Assembly (NCBI GenBank): GCA_965243025.1
Contig: CBDETY010000003.1
Location: 4,672,001-4,736,000 of the forward strand
Direction: 5' to 3'
Length of the DNA stretch: 64,000 nt
Source of the DNA: Candidatus Latescibacterota bacterium
GTDB lineage: Bacteria; Latescibacterota; UBA2968; UBA8231
The position numbers and the translations under genes were made by a program. Shown here piece by piece: positions 45,144 through 59,270 of the stretch; within the stretch, counting starts at the first letter, position 1, and every line of letters starts with the position of its first letter. Below the pieces are notes generated by a model that did not search any database, had not been told where the DNA came from, and was given only the letters and a program-made list of their open reading frames with translations.

Positions 45144-45172
45144 TTGACGGTTTCCGGGGTGGCGGCTAGATT
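45144..45172 (+). promoter_or_regulatory. Putative sigma70 promoter of the S55-protease/rib operon
   Basis: TTGACG-N17-TAGATT, 30 nt upstream of the ORF start. Confidence 0.55.
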
Positions 45173-45202
45173 GTCGCTTTCGCCCAAGGAAACTGTACTG
45201 AA

Positions 45203-46978
45203 TTGCCGCACAAAGAGTTACAGCCATTCACCCGCAGCGCCGCCGCGCTTGCCCTCTGGCTCCTGTCCGGGGCCGCCGCCGCTTTCTCCGTGGAGTTTTT
45301 TCCCCAGGACGAGGTGCGCCCCGGTCTCTTCGGGATCGGCAAGTCCGTCTTTCGCGGAACCGCCATCGACACCTTCGGCGTCGAGATCATCGGCCTCGAG
45401 CGCAACCGCCTCCGTCCCGGGAAGAACCTCGTACTGGCGCGCCTGTCGGGGGCTGGACTCGAGGAGACAGGGGTGATTCGCGGCATGAGCGGCAGTCCGG
45501 TTTACATCGAGGGCCGGCTGCTGGGAGCGGTTTCCTACGCCTGGGCGTTTTCAAAGGAGCCGATCTGCGGAATCACCCCTGTCGCCGACATGCTTGAGGT
45601 GATGCAGCGCGGCCTCGAGACGGGCGGAGAGGATGGGGATCGCGCCGGATTCGAGGAGGAAAGGGGCGGGGGCGGACGGCAATCCCATCCGGGCTCGCTC
45701 GAGCCGCTGGCGACTCCCCTTTCGCTGAGCGGCTTCTCGCCGACAGCGACGCGGATGCTCGACGAATTCATGGCCGAATACGGCTTCGCAACCGCCTCCG
45801 GGCCGGCTGCCGGGGGACAATCCGGACCTGAGGATGCCGGCTCGATGCAACCTGGAGCGGCGTTGGGGGTCCCTTTCGTCAGCGGCGATTTCAGCGCCGT
45901 CGCCATCGGCACTCTCACCCATCGCGACGGCGACCGCCTCGTCGGCTTCGGACACCCGCTTCTCGAGCTGGGGGCTGTCGACCTGCCGCTCTCCGGTGCG
46001 CGGATTCACGGCGTGCTTCCGAGCCGGTTCGTCTCGTTCAAGCTGGGTGCCGCCGGCGCCGAAATCGGAGCCCTGCGCCAGGATCGCTGGGCCGGCGTTG
46101 CCGGCGTTGCCGGCGCCCGTGCCTCGGTGTTGCCGCTGGCTCTCGAACTGTCCGGCACCGCCGACGGCGAGCGCTTTTCGTTCGAGCTGCTGCGGCACGA
46201 CCTGCTCACCCCCTTTCTCGCCCGGGCCGTCATCCTCTCCGCTCTCGAGCCGGCTGCCAGTCTGACCGGGGAATCCAGCCTGATCGCCGATGCGACCCTG
46301 TACCTCGAAAACGGCGCCCGTGTCGAGCGCGCCAATCTCTACGCCGGCCGCGGCGCGGTGTTCGACGCCGCCCGCGAGCTGGCCGAGCCGCTGCGCCTGG
46401 CGCTGGGGGGTCCATTCGAGCGCATCGGCGTCGATTCGCTGGATCTCGCCGTCGAGGTCGTGGAGGAATCGCGGCGGGCCGAGATCGCCGAAGCGCGCCT
46501 CGCGGCGGCGGCCGCCTCCCCTGGGGACGCGGTATCGGTGCGCGTGCTGCTGCGTCCTCACCGGCAAACGGCAGAGGAGCAGGTGTTGGAGGTGAAGATT
46601 CCGCCGACCGCCGTGTCCGGCCCCGTCGAGGTGCGGATCGGCAGCGGCCGCAGTGCCCTGGCATGGGAGATGGCCCGGCGCCCGGACGGGTTCCGCCCCC
46701 GCAACAGCGAGCAGCTTGTCCGGCTGCTCAACCGCAGCGCCCGCCGCGACGACCTGGTGGTCGAGCTGTTCCGCCCCGAGCCGGCGATGAGCGTCGACGG
46801 CCGCGAGCTGCCCGGACTGCCGCCGTCGGCTCACGCCGTGCTGTCGGCGGACACCGGAAGCGGGCGCGTTGCCCCTGTCAGCGGACGGGTCGTGGCGCGG
46901 AGCCGGGTGCGCACCCGCTATGCGCTGGCCGGGGAACGGACCCTGCCCCTGGAGATCCGGCGGCGCACTGCCGAGTGA
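45203..46978 (+). CDS. Secreted SpoIVB/peptidase S55-domain protein (apparently circularly permuted) with C-terminal beta-rich domains
   Basis: Signal peptide; GVIRGMSGSPVYIEGRLLGAVSY near the N-terminus and AIGTLTHRDGDRLVGFGHP downstream. Confidence 0.85.
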   Translation: MPHKELQPFTRSAAALALWLLSGAAAAFSVEFFPQDEVRPGLFGIGKSVFRGTAIDTFGVEIIGLERNRLRPGKNLVLARLSGAGLEETGVIRGMSGSPVYIEGRLLGAVSYAWAFSKEPICGITPVADMLEVMQRGLETGGEDGDRAGFEEERGGGGRQSHPGSLEPLATPLSLSGFSPTATRMLDEFMAEYGFATASGPAAGGQSGPEDAGSMQPGAALGVPFVSGDFSAVAIGTLTHRDGDRLVGFGHPLLELGAVDLPLSGARIHGVLPSRFVSFKLGAAGAEIGALRQDRWAGVAGVAGARASVLPLALELSGTADGERFSFELLRHDLLTPFLARAVILSALEPAASLTGESSLIADATLYLENGARVERANLYAGRGAVFDAARELAEPLRLALGGPFERIGVDSLDLAVEVVEESRRAEIAEARLAAAAASPGDAVSVRVLLRPHRQTAEEQVLEVKIPPTAVSGPVEVRIGSGRSALAWEMARRPDGFRPRNSEQLVRLLNRSARRDDLVVELFRPEPAMSVDGRELPGLPPSAHAVLSADTGSGRVAPVSGRVVARSRVRTRYALAGERTLPLEIRRRTAE

Positions 46979-47078
46979 GAACGGTTCAAATGAAACGAAA
47001 CCCCGAAAGAAACCAGCCCCCGCCCGGGACGGGATGGAACGGCGAATGAAGAGGCGTTCCAAACCCGGAGAGGTACAC

Positions 47079-49178
47079 GTGACACCGCCCCGAGCCCTGG
47101 CCCGGCACGGCCTGTGGACCGGCGTTCTCGCCATCACCCTGCTGATGCCGCCTTCAGCCGGCGCCGTGCTCCCGCGGAACCTCGAGCACAGCAGCTTCGA
47201 GGAGTTTGCCGCAGGAAAGGCGCGGGGAGTCGGTATCGACTCGGAGGGGGTGCTGCGCGCCGCCCCGGCCCTGGTTCGATTCGCCGACCTCGATGCCGAG
47301 CGGGTCTGGACCCTGGCCGGCGGCCCGGACGGCTCTCTCTACGCCGGTACCGGCGACGGGGGCCGGGTCGTGCGCGTCCGAGAATCCGGGGAAACCGATC
47401 TGTTTTTCGATTCTCCGGAAATCGCCGTGCACGCCGCCCTATTCGACCGCCGGGGACACCTGGCGATCGGCACCTCGCCCGGAGGCCTCGTCTACCGGCT
47501 CGACGCTGACGGGAACCCCGCCCTCACCGTCGAGACCGGAAGCCGCTACGTGTGGGACCTCGCTCTCGACGAAAAGGGGCGCCTCCTTGCCGCCCTCGGG
47601 GAGCCCGGCGGAGTGGTCAGGTTGAGTGCCGACGGCCGGCTCGACACCCTGTGGAACAGCTCGGAACGCCACGTGATGGCCTTGCTGCCGAGGGGAAAGC
47701 GTCTGTTTGCCTCCACCGCGGGACCGCGCCAGGACGCCGAAGAAAACGGCGGAGAAATGGACCCCGACGGGGGCGTATACGCCGGCCGGCTCTACGAGCT
47801 GGGGCCCGAACCGGGCCGGCATCGCCTGGTTTGCGAGAGCGCGTTCGACGAAGTCAACCGCATCGCCGCGGCCGAGGAGGGCAAACTCCTGATCAGCGCC
47901 CTTTCCGAACGTTCCGGATCCGATGAGGAGAAGACCCGTTCGGCGGTTCTTCTCGTCCACGCAACCGGTGCCCTGACCACTCTCTGGCAGACCGGGGCCC
48001 CGATCTTCGATCTGCAACCGGAAGCGAGCGGCAGCTTCCTCGCCGCCGCCGGCGGCGACGGTCAGCTGGTGCGGCTGTTCCCGGAGCGGGGTGAGTTCGA
48101 GGTGGTGGCGCGGCTGGACTCGCTGTCGCCCAACCGGCTCCTGGCAAATCCCCAAGGCACCTTCGTCGGGGCGGGGCAGTCCGGTGACATCTGGAGGCTG
48201 TCGCCCCGTTTCGCCGACGGGGAGTTCCTTTCGCAGGTGGAAGATCTCGAGCTCAACTCCCGCTGGGGCCGCATCGAGTGGGACGCCGACACCCCGGCCG
48301 GTACCGGGCTTTCGGTGCAGACCCGTTCGGGAAACAGCGCCGAGCCGGACCCGACATGGAGCGAGTGGTCCCCGAAGCTGCGCATGGGCGGCCCGATCAC
48401 CAGCCCCCCGGCACGCTACCTGCAGTACCGCCTCATTTTCCACGCCAGCCCCGATGCCAGCCCTGAAGTCCGGCGCGTCGCCTTCAGCGCCCAGCAGACC
48501 AATCTCGCGCCGCGGATCGTCGAGCTGCGGACGTACCCCTTCCGGCCGCGTCAGTCCGGCGGCGACGGCTCTCCCGAACAGGTTGCGGCCAGGGCCGCCA
48601 GCCAGGGCCGGGACCCGGGGCGGCCGGCGCAGCGAAAAAGCCTGCGCATGGTCCGCTGGCAGGCCCGGGATCCCAACGGGGACAAACTCACCTACGACAT
48701 CTTCCTGCGCGGAGACGGGCAATCGGAATGGAAGCTGGTCAAGGAAAACACGGCCCGGAACTCCCTGCTCTGGGACACGGAGCACATGCCCGAGGGACGC
48801 ACGCAGTTGAAGCTCGTCGTCTCCGACCGCCCGGACAACCCGGCCGAAAGCGCCCTGCAGCACGAGCGCATCAGCGACCCGTTCCTTCTCGACAACAGCC
48901 CTCCGGTGGTCGAGCTGAGGGCCGTGGGCAGGCGCACTCCGGAGGTCGAGGTGGAAATCACCGACCGCGTCAGCGATGTCAGGCGCGCCCAGTATTCCAT
49001 CGATTACGGTGAAACGGTGTACCAGATCGAGCCGGCCGACGGCATGTTCGACTCTCCCCGCGAGAGCGCCCGCTTCACCCTGGAAAACCTGACTCCCGGG
49101 GAGCACGTGATCGCGGTGCAGGCCTGGGACCGGCTCGACAACATCGGATCCCGGCAGGTGATCGTGAACGTCGAGTGA
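47079..49178 (+). CDS. Secreted beta-propeller (WD40/NHL-like) protein with C-terminal Ig/FN3-like domains
   Basis: Signal peptide; repeats [38 protein letters not shown]; TRSGNS..PD.TWSEWS; W.A.DPNGD.L.Y; DNSPP. GTG start after GGAGAGG. Confidence 0.75.
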   Translation: MTPPRALARHGLWTGVLAITLLMPPSAGAVLPRNLEHSSFEEFAAGKARGVGIDSEGVLRAAPALVRFADLDAERVWTLAGGPDGSLYAGTGDGGRVVRVRESGETDLFFDSPEIAVHAALFDRRGHLAIGTSPGGLVYRLDADGNPALTVETGSRYVWDLALDEKGRLLAALGEPGGVVRLSADGRLDTLWNSSERHVMALLPRGKRLFASTAGPRQDAEENGGEMDPDGGVYAGRLYELGPEPGRHRLVCESAFDEVNRIAAAEEGKLLISALSERSGSDEEKTRSAVLLVHATGALTTLWQTGAPIFDLQPEASGSFLAAAGGDGQLVRLFPERGEFEVVARLDSLSPNRLLANPQGTFVGAGQSGDIWRLSPRFADGEFLSQVEDLELNSRWGRIEWDADTPAGTGLSVQTRSGNSAEPDPTWSEWSPKLRMGGPITSPPARYLQYRLIFHASPDASPEVRRVAFSAQQTNLAPRIVELRTYPFRPRQSGGDGSPEQVAARAASQGRDPGRPAQRKSLRMVRWQARDPNGDKLTYDIFLRGDGQSEWKLVKENTARNSLLWDTEHMPEGRTQLKLVVSDRPDNPAESALQHERISDPFLLDNSPPVVELRAVGRRTPEVEVEITDRVSDVRRAQYSIDYGETVYQIEPADGMFDSPRESARFTLENLTPGEHVIAVQAWDRLDNIGSRQVIVNVE

Positions 49179-50269
49179 AAGGGGACCAGCTCCACATGCG
49201 CCGCGCCCTTTCCCTGGCGAGGCGAGGGCGGGGGCGGGTCAGTCCGGGAGCCCTGGTCGGAGCGGTGGTCGTGCGCGACGGCGAAGTCATCGGGGAAGGG
49301 GCCTACCGCAGCCGGGGCGGAGCCCACGCCGAGGCCGAGGCCCTCGCCGCCGCAGGAGAACGCTGCCGGAACGCCACCCTCTACGTAACCCTGGAGCCGT
49401 GCGCCCATCACGGGACCACTCCCCCTTGCGCCGAGGCCGTGGTTGCCGCGGGAATCAGCCGGGTCGTCTGCGCCCTGGAAGATCCCGACGAACGGGTGAG
49501 GGGACGCGGGTTCGCCCGCCTCCGAGATGCGGGCATCGACGTCGAGGTGGGACTCCTCGCCGCCGATGCCGAACGGGACAATGCCGCTTTCCTCACCCAC
49601 CGCCGGACGGGAAGGCCGTGGGTCGTCCTCAAGCTTGCGCAGAGCCTCGACGGACGCATTGCCACGAGAACCGGCGCCTCGCGGTGGATCACCGGAAAGC
49701 AGGCCCGCCGCCACGCCCATCGCCGGCGTTCCTGGGTCGACGGCGTCGTCGTAGGGGCGGGGACCGTTGTTTCCGACGATCCCGAGCTTACGGTTCGCCA
49801 CGTGCGCGGCCGCCACCCCCGCCCGATGGTGGTCGACGGAAGACTCCGGGTTTCGCCCCGGGCCGCCCTCTTTCGGCGGGGGACCGGGGTGCTGATCACC
49901 GCGGACTCCATTCCGGAGAAGCGGCGCCGCGAGTTCGAGGCCGCAGGCGCCGAGATCTGGACTTTCCCCGCCGAATCCGGCCGCCTCGACCTCCGCCTGC
50001 TGGCCCGCGCCGCCGGGGAGCGCGGCATGATCAGCCTGCTGATCGAAGGGGGGCGGGGTCTGGCCACGGCCGCGCTCGCCGACCGGATCGTCGACGAGTT
50101 GATGCTCTACATGGGGCCGCGCCTGCTCGGCGCCGGGATCAGCGGCGTGGGTGACCTGGGGATCGAACTGGTCGACAAGGGAATCACCCTCGATCGAATG
50201 GAATTGAAGCGGCTCGGCGACGACGCGCTCATCTCGGGCAAGGTTCTCTATCCATGTTCACCGGACTGA
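49175..50269 (+). CDS. ribD: Bifunctional riboflavin deaminase/reductase RibD
   Basis: [36 protein letters not shown]. Confidence 0.95.
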   Translation: MKGDQLHMRRALSLARRGRGRVSPGALVGAVVVRDGEVIGEGAYRSRGGAHAEAEALAAAGERCRNATLYVTLEPCAHHGTTPPCAEAVVAAGISRVVCALEDPDERVRGRGFARLRDAGIDVEVGLLAADAERDNAAFLTHRRTGRPWVVLKLAQSLDGRIATRTGASRWITGKQARRHAHRRRSWVDGVVVGAGTVVSDDPELTVRHVRGRHPRPMVVDGRLRVSPRAALFRRGTGVLITADSIPEKRRREFEAAGAEIWTFPAESGRLDLRLLARAAGERGMISLLIEGGRGLATAALADRIVDELMLYMGPRLLGAGISGVGDLGIELVDKGITLDRMELKRLGDDALISGKVLYPCSPD

Positions 50270-50841
50270 TCGAAGAAGTCGGCACGGTTCGCAGGGTGGA
50301 ACGCCAGACGGCCTTTCAACGCCTGGAGATCGCCTCGAACCTGCCTCTCGACGGCACCGCGGTCGGCGACAGCATCAGCATGAACGGAGCCTGCCAGACG
50401 GTCGTCGGGCGTGCGGATGACAGCTTCCGGGTCGAATCCGTCGAGGAGACCCTGCGGCGCACCAATCTCGGCTCACTGGATCCGGGGGATGCCGTCAATC
50501 TCGAGCGCTCGATGCGGGCCGACGGCCGGCTCGGGGGTCACGTGGTGCTGGGACACGTCGACGGCGTCGGATCGCTGCGCCGTTTCGATCGCGACGGGGA
50601 AAACCGGATCCTCGAAATCGAGATGCCGGTGGAGCTTCGCCGCTTCGTCGCCGGCAAGGGTTCGGTCGCCGTCGACGGTATCAGCCTGACCGTCGTCGAG
50701 GTATCGGAAACCTCCTTTACCGCCGCAATCATACCCCATACCTTACGAAACACGAACCTTTCGGAGCGGCGAGCCGGAGATGCCGTCAACCTCGAAATCG
50801 ACGTCCTGGCGCGTTACGTGGCACGCCTTCTGGAGACCTGA
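50254..50841 (+). CDS. ribE: Riboflavin synthase (alpha chain)
   Basis: [55 protein letters not shown]. Confidence 0.96.
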   Translation: MFTGLIEEVGTVRRVERQTAFQRLEIASNLPLDGTAVGDSISMNGACQTVVGRADDSFRVESVEETLRRTNLGSLDPGDAVNLERSMRADGRLGGHVVLGHVDGVGSLRRFDRDGENRILEIEMPVELRRFVAGKGSVAVDGISLTVVEVSETSFTAAIIPHTLRNTNLSERRAGDAVNLEIDVLARYVARLLET

Positions 50842-50916
50842 GGATGTCCGACAGGTTCGACGCCGATCCTTTGACCTGCCCTTCCCAGCCGCACCCGCAA
50901 TCCCGCTGACAGCGCC

Positions 50917-52200
50917 GTGTCCGATTTCAACACCATCGAAGAGGCAGTCGAGGAGCTCCAGGCGGGGCGGATGATCGTCCTCGTGGACGAGCGCGCCACC
51001 GATGTCGACGGGACCGAGCTGGTGGGCGAGGGCGAACTGGTTATGGTCGCCGAGCTCGCCGACGCCGAGGCGATCAACTTCATGACCCGGCACAGCGGCG
51101 GGCCCCTGTACGTCACCGCGGGACAGGAGCGCCTCGGGGCGCTCGGGATCGACACGTTCCAGGCGGGAAGCCACGGGCCTCGGGGCGCGGCGATCATGAC
51201 CCCTGTAAACGCCGCCGACGTCCAGGGCACCGGTGTCTCCGCACAGGACCGCGCCAGAACGGTCGCCAGACTGTCGGATCCGCGGTCGCAGCCGGGCGAT
51301 TTCGTGCAACCAGGCCACGTCACGCCCTTGCGGGCCCAGCCGGGAGGGGTCTTGCGGCGGGCAGGACATACCGAGGCATCCGTCGACCTGGCGACCATGG
51401 CCGATTGCCAGCCCTTCGCCCTGATAGCCGCCATCCTCGACGACGAAGGAGAGCTGGCGCCCACCCCCTACCTGCTCTCCTTCGCGGAGCGCCACGGCTT
51501 CAAGATCGCCACGATCCGCGACCTGATCGCCTACCGCCGCCGCACTGAAAAGCTGATCACCCTCGAAGCGCGCGCCCGCTTGCCTACCCGGCACGGGGAG
51601 TTCGCGGCCTACGGCTACCGCAGCCTGGTCGACGGCTCGCCCTACCTGGCGCTGGTAATGGGGGAGCTCGACGGAGAGGACACTCTGGTGCGCATGCACT
51701 CCTGCTGCGTGACCGGCGACGCCCTCGGCTCCTACCTGTGCGACTGCGGCGAACAGCTGGAGCGATCCTTCGAGATGATCGCCGCCGAGGGGCGGGGCGT
51801 CATCGTCTACATCCAGAGCCACGAGGGACGCGGCATCGGCCTGATTCACAAGCTGAAAGCCTACGAGCTGCAGCAGGAAGAGGGGCTGGACACCATCGAA
51901 GCCAACCACGCCCTCGGCCTCCCGGCCGACGCGCGGGATTACGGGGTCGGCGCCCAGGTGCTCTACGACCTCGGCCTGCGGCGGGTCCGTTTCCTGACCA
52001 ACAACCCGCGGAAACGGGTCGGCCTCGAGGGCTACGGACTGACCGTCGTCGAGCAGGTGCCGATCGCCGTGTCGCCGAACCCGCACAACATCGACTACCT
52101 GCAGACCAAGCGCGACAAGCTGGGCCACCTCACCATCCTGCGGAAGCAGATGGAAGGCGGCGATCCCAAAGGAAACACGGGTAATGCCCGAGGGGCATGA
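50917..52200 (+). CDS. ribBA: RibBA fusion: degenerate DHBP-synthase domain plus GTP cyclohydrolase II
   Basis: N-domain keeps TGVSA.DR, PGH..PL, RAGHTE. C-domain has RMHSCC.TGD..GS..CDCG.QL, EGRGIGL..K, TNNPRK, YL.TK..KLGH. Confidence 0.9.
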   Translation: MSDFNTIEEAVEELQAGRMIVLVDERATDVDGTELVGEGELVMVAELADAEAINFMTRHSGGPLYVTAGQERLGALGIDTFQAGSHGPRGAAIMTPVNAADVQGTGVSAQDRARTVARLSDPRSQPGDFVQPGHVTPLRAQPGGVLRRAGHTEASVDLATMADCQPFALIAAILDDEGELAPTPYLLSFAERHGFKIATIRDLIAYRRRTEKLITLEARARLPTRHGEFAAYGYRSLVDGSPYLALVMGELDGEDTLVRMHSCCVTGDALGSYLCDCGEQLERSFEMIAAEGRGVIVYIQSHEGRGIGLIHKLKAYELQQEEGLDTIEANHALGLPADARDYGVGAQVLYDLGLRRVRFLTNNPRKRVGLEGYGLTVVEQVPIAVSPNPHNIDYLQTKRDKLGHLTILRKQMEGGDPKGNTGNARGA

Positions 52201-52651
52201 ACCCCGGCTCGACGCCGCCGGGCACACCTTCGCGGTGGTCGTCAGCCGCTTCAACCACTCCATCACCCGCCGTTTGCTCGACGGCGCGCTCGACGGATTG
52301 AAGCGCTACGGATGTTTCGACAGGGACATCGAGGTCCACTGGGTTCCCGGTTCCTTCGAGCTTCCCATCGCCGCGCAAAAACTGGCGGGCAGCGGAAGGT
52401 TCGACGTCGTGATCTGCCTGGGGGCGGTCATACGATCGGACACCCCCCACTTCGATTTCGTGGCCGCCGAAACCGCCCGCGGGATCTCCCGCGTCGGTCT
52501 CGATACCGGCGTCCCTGTTACCTTCGGGGTCCTGACCACCGACAACGTCGACCAGGCTGTCGCGCGGGCTGGAGGCGCCGCTGGAAACCGGGGCTGGGAC
52601 GCCGCCCTCAACGCCATCGAAATGGCCGGACTGATGGCGGAGTTGAGATAG
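52184..52651 (+). CDS. ribH: 6,7-dimethyl-8-ribityllumazine synthase
   Basis: VVSRFNH.IT..LL.GA, VPGSFELP, LGAVIRSDTPHFDFV, FGVLTT. Confidence 0.96.
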   Translation: MPEGHEPRLDAAGHTFAVVVSRFNHSITRRLLDGALDGLKRYGCFDRDIEVHWVPGSFELPIAAQKLAGSGRFDVVICLGAVIRSDTPHFDFVAAETARGISRVGLDTGVPVTFGVLTTDNVDQAVARAGGAAGNRGWDAALNAIEMAGLMAELR

Positions 52652-52709
52652 TGCCGGCACCTGCGGTCCCGGTCGCCGGCATCCGCCACGCCCCTGATTT
52701 CCGGGTTCC

Positions 52710-53216
52710 GTGACCACTCCCCACCCCGACCGCGGCGAGTACCGCGAGGCTCCCATCCTTTTTCCGGAGCAGGAGGAGTCCTCCTGGACCGACAAGCCGC
52801 TTGCCGACACCCGGAACGGCGCCCGTCAGCTGGCTCTGCAGGTTCAGTACTGGGAAGCCAGCTCCCCGGGCGACGCCGAGAAAGCCCTGGCCGATCTCGG
52901 ATCGAGACGCGGGATTGCCGGGGGAAATCTCGAATTCGCCTCCGCCCTGGTGCGCACCTCCCTGGGTCACCGGGAGGAACTCGACGACCTGGTCGCCGCC
53001 ACCGCTACCAACTGGAACCGCGAGCGTCTGGCGCGGCTGGACGCGCTCATTCTCAGGCAGGCGGCGGCCGAGATCATCCACTTCGACGACATTCCGGAAA
53101 AGGTGTCGATCGACGAGGCGGTCGAACTGGCCAAGGCCTACGGCTCCGAGCGCTCCTACGCCTTCGTCAACGGGGTTCTCGACGCTATCGTCCGGCAGCT
53201 CGAGCGGCAAGCGTGA
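52710..53216 (+). CDS. nusB: Transcription antitermination factor NusB
   Basis: RNGARQLALQ, W...RL..LD..ILR, VSIDEAVELAK.YG...S..FVNGVLD. Confidence 0.93.
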   Translation: MTTPHPDRGEYREAPILFPEQEESSWTDKPLADTRNGARQLALQVQYWEASSPGDAEKALADLGSRRGIAGGNLEFASALVRTSLGHREELDDLVAATATNWNRERLARLDALILRQAAAEIIHFDDIPEKVSIDEAVELAKAYGSERSYAFVNGVLDAIVRQLERQA

Positions 53217-53556
53217 ATCCGACGCGGCTTCCGGGAGCCGGCGGCCTCGATGCACATTCCTGCAACTGATTTCCCGACGCCAGCGGCGTCCCGGCCCTGT
53301 TCGAGAGGCTGCCCGCGAAATCCCCGGTACCAGGCTGTGCGCCGACGTCCTGCTCCCGGGGCGGGGCAGTCATCCATACGCGGCTGACCTCACCGGCATC
53401 CTCTGCCGTGGCGGACTTGGGGATCTGACATACTTTCTATTCTTTGCACCTCGGCGAACAGGACGGAGAGCGTGAGCCGCGGTCGAGCCCCCTGACCCGG
53501 ACCGCTGCGCTGCGAGATCCCGCCTGCCGGAACCCGACCGACACACTTCCTTGTCC

Positions 53557-56859
<3,303 letters not shown>

Positions 56860-56889
56860 AAACCGCCCGTCCCCCTCCGCTGCCGCAGC

Positions 56890-58368
56890 ATGGACCTCGA
56901 CAACTGGCAGATTGCCTGCCTCTCCTTCTATTGCTTCATCGTGGCGGTACTCAGCCTTTACGGCTTTCACCGCTGGTTCATGCTCAGGCTGTACTTCAAG
57001 CACCGCGGCGATTCTACTGCCCCGCGCTCCCGCTTTCCGGAGCTTCCCGGGGTGACCGTGCAGCTGCCCCTCTACAACGAGTACCACGTCGTCGACCGCC
57101 TGCTCACCGCGGTCGGCGAGCTCGACTACCCCCGTGACAGACTGCAGGTGCAGGTTCTCGACGACTCCGTCGACGAGACCCAGGAGCGCGCCCGCCGGGC
57201 GGTCGAGCGGCTGGCCGCGGAGGGGTTGAACATCGAGTACCTGCACCGGGATTCCCGGGCCGGATTCAAGGCGGGAGCCCTCGCCGCCGGTCTCGGGCGC
57301 GCCGAGCACGACTTCATCCTCGTGCTCGACGCCGACTTCGTACCCCGGCCCGACCTGCTGCAGCGCGCCATTCACTACTTCACCGACCCGGAAATCGGCA
57401 TGGTTCAGATGCGCTGGGGGCATCTGAACCGCGACTACTCCCTGCTGACCCGGATTCAGTCGATCTTCCTCGACGGCCATCTCGTCATCGAGCACACCGC
57501 ACGCAACCGCTCGGGCCGCTTTTTCAACTTCAACGGCACCGCGGGTATCTGGAGAAAGCGCAGCATCCTCGATGCCGGCGGCTGGGAGCACGACACCCTG
57601 ACCGAGGATCTCGACCTGAGCTACCGCGCCCAGCTGGCGGGATGGAAGTTCCTGTTCCTTCCCGAAGTCGAGGTCCCCGCCGAGCTCCCCGTCGAGATCA
57701 ACGCCTTCAAGTCCCAGCAGCACCGCTGGACCAAGGGAGCGGTGCAGACGGCGAGAAAAATCCTGCCGCGGGTGTGGCGCAGTCCCGTCCCGCTCGCCGT
57801 CAAGATCGAAGCCACCTTTCACCTGACGGCAAACAGCACCTACCTGCTGATGCTGGCGATGGCCCTGCTGATGCTGCCGGTGTTCGAGATTCGCGCCGAG
57901 CTCGACTGGCGTCAGCGCATGTTCATCATCGACCTGCCGCTGTTCTCGATGGCGACGATGGCAATCTCCGGTTTTTACCTGGTCTCGCAGAAGGCGCTCT
58001 ACGTCGACTGGAAGAAGCAGATAAAGTTCCTTCCGGCTCTGATGGCGATCGGCATCAGTCTCTGCATCAACAATGCGCGCGCGGTTCTGGAGGCGCTGGT
58101 GGGCCACCAGAGCTCCTTCCGGCGCACTCCGAAATACGGGGTCGGGAAGACGCGGATAACGGGGAGGAAATACGTCGGTTCGAAGACGTTGCTGGCAGGG
58201 GTCGAAATGTCGATGGCCGTCTACTTTGCAACCATCCTTCAGGAAGCCTGGTCAGTCGGCCTGTACTTCGGAATCCCTTTCCTGTTGCTGTTCCAGACCG
58301 GGTTCCTGTACACGGGAATCCTGTCGGCGTTCCAGCCCTGGATGATGCAAAAAGGCCTCCGTTCCTGA
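56890..58368 (+). CDS. Processive GT2 glycosyltransferase (cellulose-synthase-like/CslA-type)
   Basis: VTVQLPLYNE, QVLDDS, GFKAGAL, DADF, FNFNGTAG, TEDLDLS, QQHRW (QxxRW) plus TM helices. Confidence 0.92.
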   Translation: MDLDNWQIACLSFYCFIVAVLSLYGFHRWFMLRLYFKHRGDSTAPRSRFPELPGVTVQLPLYNEYHVVDRLLTAVGELDYPRDRLQVQVLDDSVDETQERARRAVERLAAEGLNIEYLHRDSRAGFKAGALAAGLGRAEHDFILVLDADFVPRPDLLQRAIHYFTDPEIGMVQMRWGHLNRDYSLLTRIQSIFLDGHLVIEHTARNRSGRFFNFNGTAGIWRKRSILDAGGWEHDTLTEDLDLSYRAQLAGWKFLFLPEVEVPAELPVEINAFKSQQHRWTKGAVQTARKILPRVWRSPVPLAVKIEATFHLTANSTYLLMLAMALLMLPVFEIRAELDWRQRMFIIDLPLFSMATMAISGFYLVSQKALYVDWKKQIKFLPALMAIGISLCINNARAVLEALVGHQSSFRRTPKYGVGKTRITGRKYVGSKTLLAGVEMSMAVYFATILQEAWSVGLYFGIPFLLLFQTGFLYTGILSAFQPWMMQKGLRS

Positions 58369-58465
58369 AAGACCGGATCCGGTCGTTCGGGAACGAAGGC
58401 CCGAAGTTTTTCCAGCTGGTTCCGAGGCTGCTCGAGCGGCTGAGTCAGCCTCCCTTCTCCAAATC

Positions 58466-58954
58466 TTATTTTGCCGGGAACGGCCAGATCAGGGCGTATT
58501 CGGCCTCGTAATCGAGACCCTTGCGCGCCAGCAGCACTTCGATCGAGGGATAGAAGCGGTCCGCGATGTCGCGGCGCAGGTTCCGGAAGCCGATGGCGAC
58601 CGAATGGGCCTGTCTCCTGAGATCCCCGGTGCGATCCTGCGCCAGCCGCCTGGCGTCATTGAACGAACGCTTGTAAAGACCGTGCGAATGGCGCAAGGTG
58701 TTGTCGTCCGGATCCTCCACGCCGTTCACCACCGCGGCATAGTCCTCGAGCAGCTGGCGGGCATCTGCGACGTGCTGCTCGTTGAGATCGAACGCCGGGT
58801 CGTCCAGGTTGGACAGGTAGTATTGAACCTTCTCGTTGTATGGATGGAATTTCTGGATCGCCATGACGTACGTCTTCAACTCCTCGACCTGGGCCTCGTC
58901 ACTGCATCCAGATAGACCCAGTATCAATGCGCATGCCGCAAGCCCCCGAAACAT
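58466..58954 (-). CDS. Hypothetical lipoprotein (helical)
   Basis: Lipobox LSGC after a hydrophobic stretch; GGGGAG RBS upstream. Confidence 0.75.
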   Translation of the reverse strand: MFRGLAACALILGLSGCSDEAQVEELKTYVMAIQKFHPYNEKVQYYLSNLDDPAFDLNEQHVADARQLLEDYAAVVNGVEDPDDNTLRHSHGLYKRSFNDARRLAQDRTGDLRRQAHSVAIGFRNLRRDIADRFYPSIEVLLARKGLDYEAEYALIWPFPAK

Positions 58955-59270
58955 CGTAAATCTCCCCGTTGAGGTATTTGTTCAGTAGAAGTAAGGCGAA
59001 ATACGCGCTCGGCCGCGCGCCCTCCCCGACTGGGACTCAAACAGCTGTCGAACTCCCCGTCAGTCAGCAAATTTCCGGCGTAACGTACGTCTGATCCGGA
59101 CGAAAATCAAGATAGCCCGTCCGCCCGGGCTGGTCCCCGGGCAGGTTTGACGCTGTTTGCGGTGGCAGTACCTTTCCTCTGCCCTGGGCCGGCGCCGGCT
59201 CGCAAGTATCGATGGCAGCCCTTGCCTGCCATCCACCTCGATCTCACCCTGCCATGCGGAGTTCGCACCG

